A stretch of 64,000 nucleotides of DNA from Coniocarpon cinnabarinum (taxonomy: Eukaryota), in contig JAVECO010000060.1 of assembly GCA_051942205.1 (NCBI GenBank), positions 1-64,000 of the forward strand, given 5' to 3'. The notes under the pieces are model-generated. The model saw only the letters and a list, made by a program, of their open reading frames with translations. It did not search any database and was not told the DNA's origin. Shown here piece after piece: positions 48,448 to 59,107 of this stretch. A program made the translations under genes and the position numbers. Numbering within the stretch: position 1 is the first letter of the stretch; each line of letters begins with the position of its first letter.

Positions 48448-50289
48448 ATGTCGTCCATCGACGAACTTTTCAAGAGGCCAAATGGAACTACTGCAGGAGT
48501 TAAGCGCAAGCCTGAAGCGCCTCCTCGAAGCATTGACGAGATCCGGAAATCCGCAAAGACCTCTATCAATGGCGACGCAAAGGGCAAGCAGCATGCAACG
48601 GTTGAGGATGACGCGGCAGGTGACGATCTCGAAGACGACATAGAAGCTGGGCCTGAGCTTCCGCCCGACGATGACGAAGAAGAGGCGGGGCCCATGCCAG
48701 AAGATGAGGAAGGCGCTCGCTTTTTCGGCGGAGGCACCACTAGACACACCAACGACGTGCTGGACTACATGGACAGCCGGGAAGACGAGAATTTCGAGCT
48801 GGACAAAATTGACAAAGCCTGGCTGCGCAGGACAATGGTCGGTTTCGAGAAGAAGATCAATAAAAATACGGAGTTGCGCAGCAAATATGCAGACGATCCC
48901 ATGAAGTTCATAGAGTCTGAGGGGGAGCTGGACGCGGACATTAAGAACCTCAGTGTGCTCTCAGAACACCCAGAATTATATCCAGAACTGGCGAAAATGG
49001 GAAGTGTGAACAGCTTGGTGCAATTATTGATACACGAGAATGTCGACATCGCGATCAACGCTGTTCAAATCATGGCAGAGCTGACGGACGAAGATGTTTC
49101 AGCGACTGAGGAGCAGTGGAATGCACTGGCGAATGGGCTGGTAGAAGCGGATGTGGTCGACCTGCTACTCGAAATCGTCCGCAGTCTTGATGAGGAACGA
49201 GATGAAGACCGTGCTGGGGTTTATCATGCTATGGAGCTGCTTGAGAACCTGGCGAACAATGCAGAGACGCTAGCGAAGGTCCTGAGCAATGACGATCAGA
49301 ATAAGATGTTGAAGTATTTGCTAGAGCGTGCTCAAAAGCCGGAAAGGCCGGTTTCGCAGAACAAGCAATACGCAGCTGAACTCATTTCTATCATCGCCTC
49401 CCAAGTTACACCGAACACGGCAGATTCCGCATCTGCACGAACACGTCTACTTAATCTGAATACTGTGGACATATTTCTACAACTTCTCGCGCCTTACCGG
49501 AAAAGCGATCCATCGAAGAGCACTGATGAAGAGCAGTTTGCTGAGGATGCCTTCGACGTTCTCGACTGTCTGGTGGATTCTGCAGAGGGGAAGTCTAAAT
49601 TCCTGGAGGCTGAAGGCACTGAACTGTGTCTCATCATGATGAGGGAAGGCGGCAAATTCTCCAAGTCCCAAAGCTTGCGGTTACTGGACCACACTATGTC
49701 TGGATCGAGCTCCAGCAGCATTGCCGTATGCCAGCGTTTTGTGGAGATCGCAGGGTTAAAACCGCTGTTCAAAACATTTGCGACCATTGCAGATAAGAGA
49801 GACCGGGAGGGTCTAGAGCATGTGCTGGGGTTGATAGCAAGTCTACTACGATGTTTGCCTGGTGATTCAAGTGAGCGAATACGAACGTTGGCAAAATTCA
49901 CACAGAAGAATCACCAAAAGTTGAAGAAGATTGTACTTTTACGAGAAGAGTATCTGAAGAGACTGGAGCCGGTCACACGTGCAATAGACGAGGAGAGACA
50001 GTCGATTGCTAGTCCATTTGAGAGGGAAGAGAAAGAGGTCGACTGGATTGCAAGGCGACTTGAAGCTGGTCTGTACACCTTTCAAACATTGACTGTAATA
50101 TTAAGCTGGCTTTACGCGGAAGATGAGGAGGCGGCCAAGCAGATCAGAGGATTACTAAGCGACGCGGCTGGTGGTCCGCAGGGTCTTGCAAATACTCTGA
50201 GCGACCAGCTCGTAGGTATTGGTGCAGAGACTGAAGATGAGAAGAACAGCAGAGATATGCTGCAGACTTTGATAGACTGCATACGGTAA
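48448..50289 (+). CDS. CTNNBL1: Beta-catenin-like protein 1 (DUF1716; Prp19/CDC5L-associated armadillo-like protein)
   Basis: EEGARFFGGG, FEKKINKNTELRSKYADDPMKFIESEGELDADIK, LLIHENVDIAI, QNKQYAAELI, KFLEAEGTELC, RIRTLAKF and RRLEAGLYTFQ. Confidence 0.93.
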   Translation: MSSIDELFKRPNGTTAGVKRKPEAPPRSIDEIRKSAKTSINGDAKGKQHATVEDDAAGDDLEDDIEAGPELPPDDDEEEAGPMPEDEEGARFFGGGTTRHTNDVLDYMDSREDENFELDKIDKAWLRRTMVGFEKKINKNTELRSKYADDPMKFIESEGELDADIKNLSVLSEHPELYPELAKMGSVNSLVQLLIHENVDIAINAVQIMAELTDEDVSATEEQWNALANGLVEADVVDLLLEIVRSLDEERDEDRAGVYHAMELLENLANNAETLAKVLSNDDQNKMLKYLLERAQKPERPVSQNKQYAAELISIIASQVTPNTADSASARTRLLNLNTVDIFLQLLAPYRKSDPSKSTDEEQFAEDAFDVLDCLVDSAEGKSKFLEAEGTELCLIMMREGGKFSKSQSLRLLDHTMSGSSSSSIAVCQRFVEIAGLKPLFKTFATIADKRDREGLEHVLGLIASLLRCLPGDSSERIRTLAKFTQKNHQKLKKIVLLREEYLKRLEPVTRAIDEERQSIASPFEREEKEVDWIARRLEAGLYTFQTLTVILSWLYAEDEEAAKQIRGLLSDAAGGPQGLANTLSDQLVGIGAETEDEKNSRDMLQTLIDCIR

Positions 50290-51217
50290 TATTCATCGCA
50301 GATCTTGGCAAGATCATTGGATATTGTCGTAAGCTCATGGGAGCGATATCATAACTATTAACCTAGCCGGAACCATTCCGGACATTGGGAGCTAGAGACT
50401 CGTTTGTTCAAGAACCTGTTTGCAGCAAAAATTTTCCAATGATAACGAGCTGGCATGCGGATTTCGTACAAATCAAGACAGTCTCATTAGTTGCAATGAT
50501 GATGTAGGCCAGTATCGTGCAGGTTGCTCTGTAAACGCTAAACAAGCATTTCTGATAGGACGGCGCGATGGCGCGATGGGAATAATCGCGGTCAGAACCG
50601 GAGACATGCATGGATGTGGGCCATACTCCGCAGTGGCGTTTGCCCAGCACGATATTGGTGCGCATCATGAACGAGGTGAGAAGGCTGAGGAGCCCATGAC
50701 TCACGATGCGGCACAGCAAACGTCGGCTCTGACTCGCGCAGTCCTCTAAGCGGCAGATACAAAGCGACTTGTGCGGGTTCTGTGCGCAACCATCATCTTG
50801 AACAAAGAGGCGACGAAGGACGCGGGAGAATGCGTGCATGAAAGCAGTGGGAAGTGAGGAGAGGAGAGGTGGGTAGACGCGGCTAACGATGTGGACCCCT
50901 GGAAAGTCAGGCAACGAACTGGGATCAACAGGATGGAGCTTCCCCTGTTGGATGTTTATGCGTTTGCCAGCTTCACATCCCAAAGCACATTTCGTGAAAC
51001 CTGACTCTCTCTTGCTGTGCCTCTCGCGCTCGCGTCGCCTTCAAATGCTAGACATGCTTCTGGTCGCCGTCGATACGCGCTCGCTCCGGCTTTCCCCTTC
51101 CGTGCTGCCCGTTGCGGTGCCCTCCGCCAGCCACATCGCCCGCCTTTTGAACATGTTTGTTCCCTCATCTTCACGCGTTTTCCACCGTGCGTGTGCTCAC
51201 CAAGGCCTTAGGTGGCG

Positions 51218-54091
51218 ATGCCGATACAAATGAATTGGCCCACGATGCTGCCGTCGCCAGTGTCGCCGCTAGATCCATCTCAGTCTGCGCCGACCGCGAT
51301 GAGGGCTGCCCTTCGCTTTGAGTGTCCTGGGAAGAACTGTCAGCTGCATTTCTGTACGTTTCAAGACCTCGCAAGACATCTCAGCACGCCACAAGGTCAA
51401 GGACACTCCGCCAATCCGGTCAAGTGTCCGGTCTGCGGCGCCGCGCCCCCTATACAGTACCTTCTTAGTCACCTCCAGGCCATTGTCGACGAGCGCCACG
51501 CAAGCTTCATCTCTGGGCTGCGTGACCTGGACATCTTTCTTCATCGATACCTCGTCAAAACCCAACAAGGACCAAACGGCATTCAGACACCGGCTGGTTC
51601 CACACCGCAGAGTCCTGCGAACAGCGGCCCACCGCAATTTGTCACCCCGCCAGTCCCAGACCATTCTGGTCCGAACGCACAGGTACCTTCACCGCCACCC
51701 AGTCATGGCGACCGCACAGCGACACCGACTGGAGGTGCCCCTTCTACCCACCCACCGTCATCGAATCCGGTGTTTGGCGTGTCGCAACAGCCTGGAAGCG
51801 TAGCTGGCCAGAAGAGGTCTGCAAATGCCGCCTTTCAAAATGCAGGCGCTGTGCAGCATTCGGGCCCTGGAGGTCAAATGCCACAGTCTCTACGAGGTAA
51901 TGGCCAGAGGAGCCTGCGAGAACACTACAGCCTGTGCGCTCAAATGTTCCAGCGTCACATGGGGACATTGAAAAATGCTGAAACTTGCCGACTCGCAACA
52001 CTTGCTGAAGCATCTCAGTTGGAAGACCACGGCTTCTTGGCGTTTCATCAAATACTCTGTCTGGAGATCCATGAGCCTCAAACTACGAAGGATGTGCTGA
52101 AGTTCACCTTGCCAAGTAGACGGGGTCTAATGGAACTGGACAAACTCCTAAATATGCAAGACTCAGTCCGACCTCAATTTTTCAAATTCTGGAGTCACTT
52201 TCCATCAGACATCAGAGCACTGGTTTCAACCAACAGACTGTACCAAACTCTTGTGCCGGCGACGATGAAGTTGTGTGAATCTTTTGAACGTTGTTTCCAG
52301 CCTCTGAAGGCACGATGTGCCGCACGACAGTATCCTCCGTCGACTGGAGAGCTATCTTCAGAGCTTCAAATCACATCGGCGGTCCTTCAACGAGTGTTGT
52401 TCCACTGCATTGCGCAAAGCACGTGGTCAAACAGCTCCTACCAATCTCTTCACAATGCAATGATGGTTTTCCAGAACGAAGACCAAAGAGTGTGGGGGCG
52501 CCTGTGTGCAGAAAATAGACGCCATGAGTATTCCGACCATCACATGAGGGCCATCTGGCTTGATTTCAAGCAGAATGGGTTCCAGAGTCCGACGGCATCA
52601 TTACCATACACTGGCAACGATGCAACCCTGACTTCACACACAGCACCGCCGCCTGCTGCAAAAATGCTCACGTCGTGCACGCAGCATCCTCAGTCCACGA
52701 ACAGCAATTCTCAAGTCGCCCAACTCAACCCTTCAACATCTCTTGGCAGGCCCGGACGTCCGCTGGTGCAGGCACGTTCGTTGCACGTGAATACCAATCA
52801 GCAACAACCACCTCTTGCTCCTGCCGTTGCACCTCCACCAACGCCAGGCCAGCTCCTCTCGCCTCTGGATCGTTTCAATCTCGAAAATGTCCAGCCCTCG
52901 CCCAACCCTTTGCAAATGCAACCGAGGCAATTGTCAACCCAAACACAACGTGGTGGTCTGCCTCTAACTGCGGCTGGAATTTCCAACTCTAACTCTCGCA
53001 AGGCCAGTATGACTCCAAGCCTACGCAGTCCGTGCTTGACCGCCGTGGATGCGAAAGAGAGCACCTTTCAGTCCGTCTCTGAGTTCACTCTGCTGCCAAC
53101 CGCACTCGACTCCAGCAAGCCAAACCAGGTCTGGCACTTTGAGCTGCCCGAAGGACAATTCCTGGACCTTCCTCGAGATGTACCTGGGGAAGACGCTAAG
53201 GGCAAACCCACACGACTTTTGAAACCAACGTCATCGACTTATCGCCTTCGTTGCGTTGAGGGCCAACCACCAGAGAATTTGAGCGAGTGGGCATCTCGGG
53301 ACGTGACCTGGCCAACTGGATTCATGTTCAAACTCAATGAGAAGTTCCTCCCATTCAGAGTCAAGCTCGACCGTTGTGTACCCATGGACCTGACTCGGTT
53401 CCTGTATCCAAACCAAAACACGTTGGAAATCGTTTATGCACACGTGACTCTTCAGAAAATCGTCAAACCACGGTCGCTTGCCGTCGAGCGCGTCACTGTT
53501 CAGACAAAATCGCAAATCATGGACCAAGTCAAAGGCAACGTAGTACCACGGGCCGATGTAATCTCAGCCATCAGAAAAGCATTGCTTCCATCTTCCAATA
53601 ATGACGGCTCCTCTGATGACATCCAGTGTCTCAGCACTAGCATTGTGATAGCTATTACGGATCCCATCATGGCGATTTCCATCTGGGAGATCCCAGTCCG
53701 CACCAAATCATGCAAGCACCGCGAAGCGTTCGATTTGGAAACGTTCCTCACCACCCGCAGAGACCCCAAAGCTGCTGATGACGTCCCATGCAGTCCGGAC
53801 GTGTGGTCGTGTCCCATCTGCTCCGCGGACGCGCGACCAACTGAGCTACTCGTTGACGGATTCCTGGCTGAAGTCCGCAGCGTCCTCAAGAAGCAAGGAC
53901 GTCTCGAGACCGCCAAATTTGTCGAGGTCGACGAAGATGGCATGTGGAATGCTCGTGCCGTCAAAGAAGAGTGCGGATCATCGAGTGTTCCGTCCAGTCC
54001 ACCGCCTGTTCGAAACGATGGACTGTTGAGTGCGCCTCCAGCGGTCAAGCCGCGCAAGGCGTCTGTCGAAATTGTCGACTTGACACTTTAA
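51218..54091 (+). CDS. SP-RING (zf-MIZ) domain protein, putative SUMO E3 ligase-like, with N-terminal C2H2-like fingers; an upstream exon is possible
   Basis: ITDPIMAISIWEIPVRTKSCKHREAFDLETFL...WSCPICSADARPTELLVDGFLAEV. C-terminal SIM VEIVDLT. The ORF begins at an acceptor-like GCTCAC...TTAG at 51211. Confidence 0.85.
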   Translation: MPIQMNWPTMLPSPVSPLDPSQSAPTAMRAALRFECPGKNCQLHFCTFQDLARHLSTPQGQGHSANPVKCPVCGAAPPIQYLLSHLQAIVDERHASFISGLRDLDIFLHRYLVKTQQGPNGIQTPAGSTPQSPANSGPPQFVTPPVPDHSGPNAQVPSPPPSHGDRTATPTGGAPSTHPPSSNPVFGVSQQPGSVAGQKRSANAAFQNAGAVQHSGPGGQMPQSLRGNGQRSLREHYSLCAQMFQRHMGTLKNAETCRLATLAEASQLEDHGFLAFHQILCLEIHEPQTTKDVLKFTLPSRRGLMELDKLLNMQDSVRPQFFKFWSHFPSDIRALVSTNRLYQTLVPATMKLCESFERCFQPLKARCAARQYPPSTGELSSELQITSAVLQRVLFHCIAQSTWSNSSYQSLHNAMMVFQNEDQRVWGRLCAENRRHEYSDHHMRAIWLDFKQNGFQSPTASLPYTGNDATLTSHTAPPPAAKMLTSCTQHPQSTNSNSQVAQLNPSTSLGRPGRPLVQARSLHVNTNQQQPPLAPAVAPPPTPGQLLSPLDRFNLENVQPSPNPLQMQPRQLSTQTQRGGLPLTAAGISNSNSRKASMTPSLRSPCLTAVDAKESTFQSVSEFTLLPTALDSSKPNQVWHFELPEGQFLDLPRDVPGEDAKGKPTRLLKPTSSTYRLRCVEGQPPENLSEWASRDVTWPTGFMFKLNEKFLPFRVKLDRCVPMDLTRFLYPNQNTLEIVYAHVTLQKIVKPRSLAVERVTVQTKSQIMDQVKGNVVPRADVISAIRKALLPSSNNDGSSDDIQCLSTSIVIAITDPIMAISIWEIPVRTKSCKHREAFDLETFLTTRRDPKAADDVPCSPDVWSCPICSADARPTELLVDGFLAEVRSVLKKQGRLETAKFVEVDEDGMWNARAVKEECGSSSVPSSPPPVRNDGLLSAPPAVKPRKASVEIVDLTL

Positions 54092-54360
54092 GACACTGAT
54101 TGACGTTGATTTGTTATTCACCTTTTTCCAATTTATCAGTGCGATGTTGCGCGAGTTTCAGAGTATTAAGATTCATGTACAAGCCCGGTGGCTGACGAGT
54201 CCACGATACCACGAGATGTATGACATAAATATAGTTCTCTGGTCGTAATCTGTATAGATAGTGCACATCGAGTGCTCCAGCAATTCCATTACACATACTC
54301 CATTGCTCTCCCTCGTCTTCGTCTTGGGTATATAGCCTTAACGCGATGTGTTGTGAGCCG

Positions 54361-55758
54361 TCAGTCCGCAACATAATCCGCCACTTCCACACCTACACCC
54401 CGCCCCAGCCCCACCACCATCTCCCAAGAAACCTCACTCCGCCATCTAGCCCCTTCATCCATCGGGTCACCTCCACCCCCCGTTCGAACAAGCAACCTCG
54501 CACTGCACAAACTGGCAATCGCGCTCATCACATCCGCATACCACACTTCTGGTACCGCGCCAGGATGCTGCGCAGAGTTCACAGGATGCGGATATATGGC
54601 GCTCAGAATCGCCCAAAGACGCGGCAGCGTAAAGGCGGAGGCTGGGAGGTGCCGGCGCGAGATCTGGCGATGCGCCGTCTTCGTCGCGGCAGTCGACGAG
54701 CGTTGAGGTTTTGAGACGCGCTTCCGTTTCTTCTTGCGCCGCTCGGACCATTCTGAGAAGTATATCGTATCCGTCCTCGGAGGATTGTGGGAGGCCAGAT
54801 AGGCGGCTATGAGGATGTAAGCCTGGAAGGGGGGGATCGAGTCGGATGTGTTGTTCGTGAGGGATGGCGCGGCAAAGTCATCGAGTAATGCGTCGTCGCT
54901 TTGAAAGAGGGCGCGATTGAGGATCATGAGTCTTGAGAATTCGCGAGGTTTGCATTTTCCGTCTTTGAGCGGTGATGTGAAGGGCGTCCAGAGTTTGTGG
55001 CAGAGGCGCTGGAAGGCAGGGATGTCGTTGCTGGCAATTGAGGCGAGAGAGTCCCACACGGCGGTTGCGAAGTGGGTCCATAGCCATGCTGCGTCGTCTT
55101 CGGATGCAGCGATGGACCTGTTGAGGGGAAGCGGGGTGGCAGAGATGATGGAGATGGCCTCCTCGCGTGTATAGGCGGGGAAATGGATGTGCGGCAATCC
55201 TGGACGACGGAAGAGGTTCGGAGCGGGTGTGGTAAGCGTGAAGACGATCGTCAGGTTTTGAAGTGATTCAGCGATGCGGACGAGCGCGGGTAGAAGCGCA
55301 GAGGAGTTTTCTTTGAGCGCGTCGACGGCGTCGAAGGCGAGGACGAATTTGTCGTTGCGGTGGGCAAGGAGGCGCTCGAGATGGACAGCGAGCGCTGCAG
55401 CGTTTTCGGTGCGAGTGTAGTATGAAGCGTCTAGAGAGGGATCGTCGTCGCCATTGGCGGGGTTTGTCTCATCTTGCTGGTGAGCGATCAATGCCTCAAG
55501 GACGTCGGCGGTGGTGCGCTCGAGGAGTTGGCGAGTGGTGATGCACTCGCGGCATGATATTATCGTGGACGGACTCGGCACGTGTGAGAGGACAGAGCGA
55601 AGGATAGTGGTTTTGCCGGTGCTGGGGAGGCCATGGAGGATAAGTGCAGATGGGGAGGGGAGGTCTGGAGCAAGAAAGATGGCTGTTTGTTGGATTTGGC
55701 GCTCTCGGTGAGGATATCGGTGGTGAATTGCCTCGTAAATCGGTATCACCGTTTGCAT
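54361..55758 (-). CDS. ORC5: Origin recognition complex subunit 5
   Basis: RYPHRERQI, Walker A HGLPSTGKT, ISCRECITTRQLLE, KFVLAFDAVD, PHIHFPAYTREE, ILIAAYLASHNPPRTD..YFS and FTLPRLWAI. First ATG at 55758. Confidence 0.93.
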   Translation of the reverse strand: MQTVIPIYEAIHHRYPHRERQIQQTAIFLAPDLPSPSALILHGLPSTGKTTILRSVLSHVPSPSTIISCRECITTRQLLERTTADVLEALIAHQQDETNPANGDDDPSLDASYYTRTENAAALAVHLERLLAHRNDKFVLAFDAVDALKENSSALLPALVRIAESLQNLTIVFTLTTPAPNLFRRPGLPHIHFPAYTREEAISIISATPLPLNRSIAASEDDAAWLWTHFATAVWDSLASIASNDIPAFQRLCHKLWTPFTSPLKDGKCKPREFSRLMILNRALFQSDDALLDDFAAPSLTNNTSDSIPPFQAYILIAAYLASHNPPRTDTIYFSEWSERRKKKRKRVSKPQRSSTAATKTAHRQISRRHLPASAFTLPRLWAILSAIYPHPVNSAQHPGAVPEVWYADVMSAIASLCSARLLVRTGGGGDPMDEGARWRSEVSWEMVVGLGRGVGVEVADYVAD

Positions 55759-55834
55759 TGAGCCATTTGTGAAGCACGGCTTGCGGAAGTCGTGCTTGTC
55801 CGCCGGAAATTTGATGAGTGAGGTTGTGCAGAGG

Positions 55835-55891
55835 ACGCGTCTCAACGCGTATCTTGACCACCCTGCCCGGACGCAGACCGAATCACGTGAT
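55835..55891. promoter_or_regulatory. Tandem MCB elements (ACGCGT x2) and palindromic E-box TCACGTGA in the ORC5/SEY1 divergent promoter
   Basis: ACGCGT at 55835-55840 and 55845-55850, 77-92 bp upstream of the ORC5 ATG. ATCACGTGAT at ~55882-55891. Confidence 0.6.
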
Positions 55892-56269
55892 CTGAACGAA
55901 TTCGACACCGACACGGCTGCCTCGGTCGGCCTCAAGATTGCACTGTTCCAGGTTCTCGAATTCTCGATATGTGCCTCTGCGTGATATTGGCCATCACCTC
56001 AAGGATGTATATTCTTTCCAAAACTCGACATTCTGGGTAATCTCAAAGCTCTAAAATCCAGAACGCACATCACCGATTTTATCGTTGGGGCAACTAATAG
56101 TCACCTCAGGGTCTCGAGCCCTCGAATGGCCCTCCCCAAACCCAACCCAGCCGTGGCCATCGCCGCTCCTATTCGCTCCGCCGAATCCCTCCGTCTCGAT
56201 TGTACAGCTAGACCTTCCCCTTCAAGCCCGGGCCAGCTCCCGCCGGCATATCTTGCTTGCCCAGAAACT

Positions 56270-58915
56270 ATGTCTACCATTGCAAATGGAGGTCCCAGAC
56301 CTTCTCCTACCGCCAACCGTCACAGCACTGCGCCCTCAACGATACCAACCATGAACGGCACAAATGGACACTTTGCTGCTAATGGTGGATCACAAGATTA
56401 TGAGCATGGCGTGCAAGTCATCAGTGCAGAGAAGGAGTTCAATTCTGGATTGCCTGTGTACCTGCAAAAGGAGCATGTCACCCAGGCAGGCTTCAACTAT
56501 CACCTCATCTCAGTCTTTGGCAGCCAGTCGACGGGCAAATCCACTTTACTCAACTACCTCTTTGGAACAGATTTCAGTGTCATGAGCGAGGATGATCGAA
56601 GACAGACGACTAAGGGTATCTGGCTTTCGAAGAATCGACATCAGAATTCCAGAAATGGCGGAAGCAACATGGCGGACAACATCCTGGTCATGGACGTCGA
56701 GGGCACAGATGGACGAGAAAGAGGCGAGGATCAAGACTTTGAGCGGAAGAGTGCGTTATTCGCGCTCGCGACGAGCGAAGTGTTGATTGTGAATATTTGG
56801 GAACACCAGGTCGGACTATACCAAGGCGCAAACATGGGCTTGCTGAAGACGGTGTTTGAGGTCAACTTGCAGCTGTTCCTGAAAGATCAGAAGTCAGTGC
56901 CGCGGTCGTTATTATATTTCGTCATTCGGGATCACCTCGGGCAGACACCATTGCAAAACCTCAAAAGCACTCTGATGCAAGACCTGTCCCGGATGTGGGC
57001 GTCATTGTCCAAACCCAAGGGCCTCGAGAACTCGAAGATTCAAGACTACTTCGATTTCGCCTTCGTTGCGTTACCGCACAAGGTGTTGCAACCCGAGAAG
57101 TTTGCTTCAGAGATTGAGAGACTGGGTACGAGATTTCGGGAAGGAACAAGGAATCCTAAGCTGGAGGCAGCAGGCCTGGAAGATGACTCAAAGGGGGTCC
57201 TGTTACCTGAGTATCATCGAAGAATACCTGCGGATGGCTTTTCACATTACGCCTCCAGCATTTGGGATCAAATTGTGGACAACAAAGATCTGGATCTTCC
57301 CACACAGCAAGAATTGTTGGCTCAATTTAGATGTGACGAGATCATGCGAGAGGTGCTCGTTCCCTTTGACGAGAGAATATCACCGTTGGAACACCTACAG
57401 CAAACAAACACGCAGTCTGGCAAGCCAGGCCTCATCCCCGATCTTGGCCCGACGATGAAGTCCTCGCGATCTGAGGTCATCAGCGCTTTTTCAAATGAAG
57501 CCAGCCGATATCACAAGGCGGTATACTCAAGAAAGTTGGCCGAGCTAGAGGAAAAGACTGACACTCGTTTAAGAGCCTTGTTCCAGAGCCAGCTTTCTGC
57601 AGCCCACAAACTGGGCGTCGTTGCATTTGGCGACGCGGTTAGTGAAGAAGTTCGACAGGGTCAAAAACGAGGCTCGTACGATTTTGCAGCCATTGTTGAA
57701 ACCTCGAAAAAGAAAGCGCTGTCGCTATTCGATAGGACCGGGCGAGACCTTGTCATCGAGAACGTAGCCTGGACCAGTTACAAGCAGGAGTTAAAGCTCT
57801 TCCAGAAGGAGCTTGAAGAGCGAAGTGCTTCTCTGAGAAAGGAGGAAATGCGCCGACTAGCAAACCGGGTAGAGCGATACGTGAAAAGCAAGCTGTCTGA
57901 GAAGGTGAGCATGGAATTCAACTCGCTAGGTCAAGCGAAACACACACCTACCAACGAAGGCGATAAAACGCCGTCAGAGCGAGAGCTTTGGGATAGGATA
58001 TGGCGTGACTTCACACAGGTTGTGCAGCATGCTGAAGACCGATTCACAAACATCTCCAAAGGCTTCGATGCATCACCGGAAGAAGTAGAAGTGGGACTGT
58101 GGCGGCTACGTCGAAAGTCTTGGACGACGCTGCGTGCGAAGTTGGAAGAGGAAGTCATGGAAGGCAATCTTCTACTCAAGCTTCGCGAAAATTTCGAGGA
58201 CAAGTTTCGCTACGACTCAACTGGTGTGCCACGGATTTGGAGACCAACAGATGACATTGAAGGCATATACACGGAATCACGACGATCGACTTTGCTATTG
58301 ATACCCGTCATTTCACGTTTCCAGCTCAATGAGACTGCCGCTCCCCCACCACTGGATGCCTGGATTGGCGAGACGCCGAAAGCTGCAACGTCCGCAGATG
58401 AGGAGGATCTAACACCTATCGGCGGTGTAGATGCCGATTCAAACTCCACGCTCGATGACGAGTGTACGATACTCGCAGACAGCAAAGCCTCTGATCTTGC
58501 GACGCGGTTCAAGAAAACAGCAGACGGTGTCTTCGTCGAGGCGAAGCGAAGTGCGATCGGTGGCATGACGCAGATACCGCTCTACTTCTATGTCTTACTA
58601 GTTGCGCTTGGATGGAACGAAATTATGGCTGTGCTTAAGAATCCGCTGTATTTCATCATGCTCATGTTCCTGGGCATTTTCGCGTACATTACTTACACGA
58701 TGAACATGTGGGGTCCGATGCTTCGAATGGCAGATGGCGCAAGCAGAGTAGCCATCGAAGAGGGCAAGAAGAAGCTGAGAGATTTCTTGGAAGCGCAGGA
58801 AGGTGTTGCAGGGCCACAGAGGAGGCCGGTGGCAGCTGGTGACGGCGAGGAGTACGAAATGCAGTCGAGGAGAAAGGCAAAGGACGACGATGACGACGAT
58901 GTTGGAGATATTTGA
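56270..58915 (+). CDS. SEY1: ER-fusion dynamin-like GTPase Sey1/RHD3, intronless
   Basis: [71 protein letters not shown] and two C-terminal TM segments (LLVALGWNE...NPLYF). Start is ATG 56270 or 56351. Confidence 0.98.
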   Translation: MSTIANGGPRPSPTANRHSTAPSTIPTMNGTNGHFAANGGSQDYEHGVQVISAEKEFNSGLPVYLQKEHVTQAGFNYHLISVFGSQSTGKSTLLNYLFGTDFSVMSEDDRRQTTKGIWLSKNRHQNSRNGGSNMADNILVMDVEGTDGRERGEDQDFERKSALFALATSEVLIVNIWEHQVGLYQGANMGLLKTVFEVNLQLFLKDQKSVPRSLLYFVIRDHLGQTPLQNLKSTLMQDLSRMWASLSKPKGLENSKIQDYFDFAFVALPHKVLQPEKFASEIERLGTRFREGTRNPKLEAAGLEDDSKGVLLPEYHRRIPADGFSHYASSIWDQIVDNKDLDLPTQQELLAQFRCDEIMREVLVPFDERISPLEHLQQTNTQSGKPGLIPDLGPTMKSSRSEVISAFSNEASRYHKAVYSRKLAELEEKTDTRLRALFQSQLSAAHKLGVVAFGDAVSEEVRQGQKRGSYDFAAIVETSKKKALSLFDRTGRDLVIENVAWTSYKQELKLFQKELEERSASLRKEEMRRLANRVERYVKSKLSEKVSMEFNSLGQAKHTPTNEGDKTPSERELWDRIWRDFTQVVQHAEDRFTNISKGFDASPEEVEVGLWRLRRKSWTTLRAKLEEEVMEGNLLLKLRENFEDKFRYDSTGVPRIWRPTDDIEGIYTESRRSTLLLIPVISRFQLNETAAPPPLDAWIGETPKAATSADEEDLTPIGGVDADSNSTLDDECTILADSKASDLATRFKKTADGVFVEAKRSAIGGMTQIPLYFYVLLVALGWNEIMAVLKNPLYFIMLMFLGIFAYITYTMNMWGPMLRMADGASRVAIEEGKKKLRDFLEAQEGVAGPQRRPVAAGDGEEYEMQSRRKAKDDDDDDVGDI

Positions 58916-59107
58916 GACTGTGTAACGACGGCATGAGATTGGCATGGGTCTTGCATGGGCTGGCGTTGGCATTCTTTGTTTGGAAAGAGCTCATTGCATG
59001 AATTGTGGATAGACTTGAAAGACTATGGCTCTCTGAACAGTAGCCATGGATGCTTTCCTTAATAACTTCTACCCCTTACGAAGCACCCTATCATCGATAC
59101 GCTCCAC

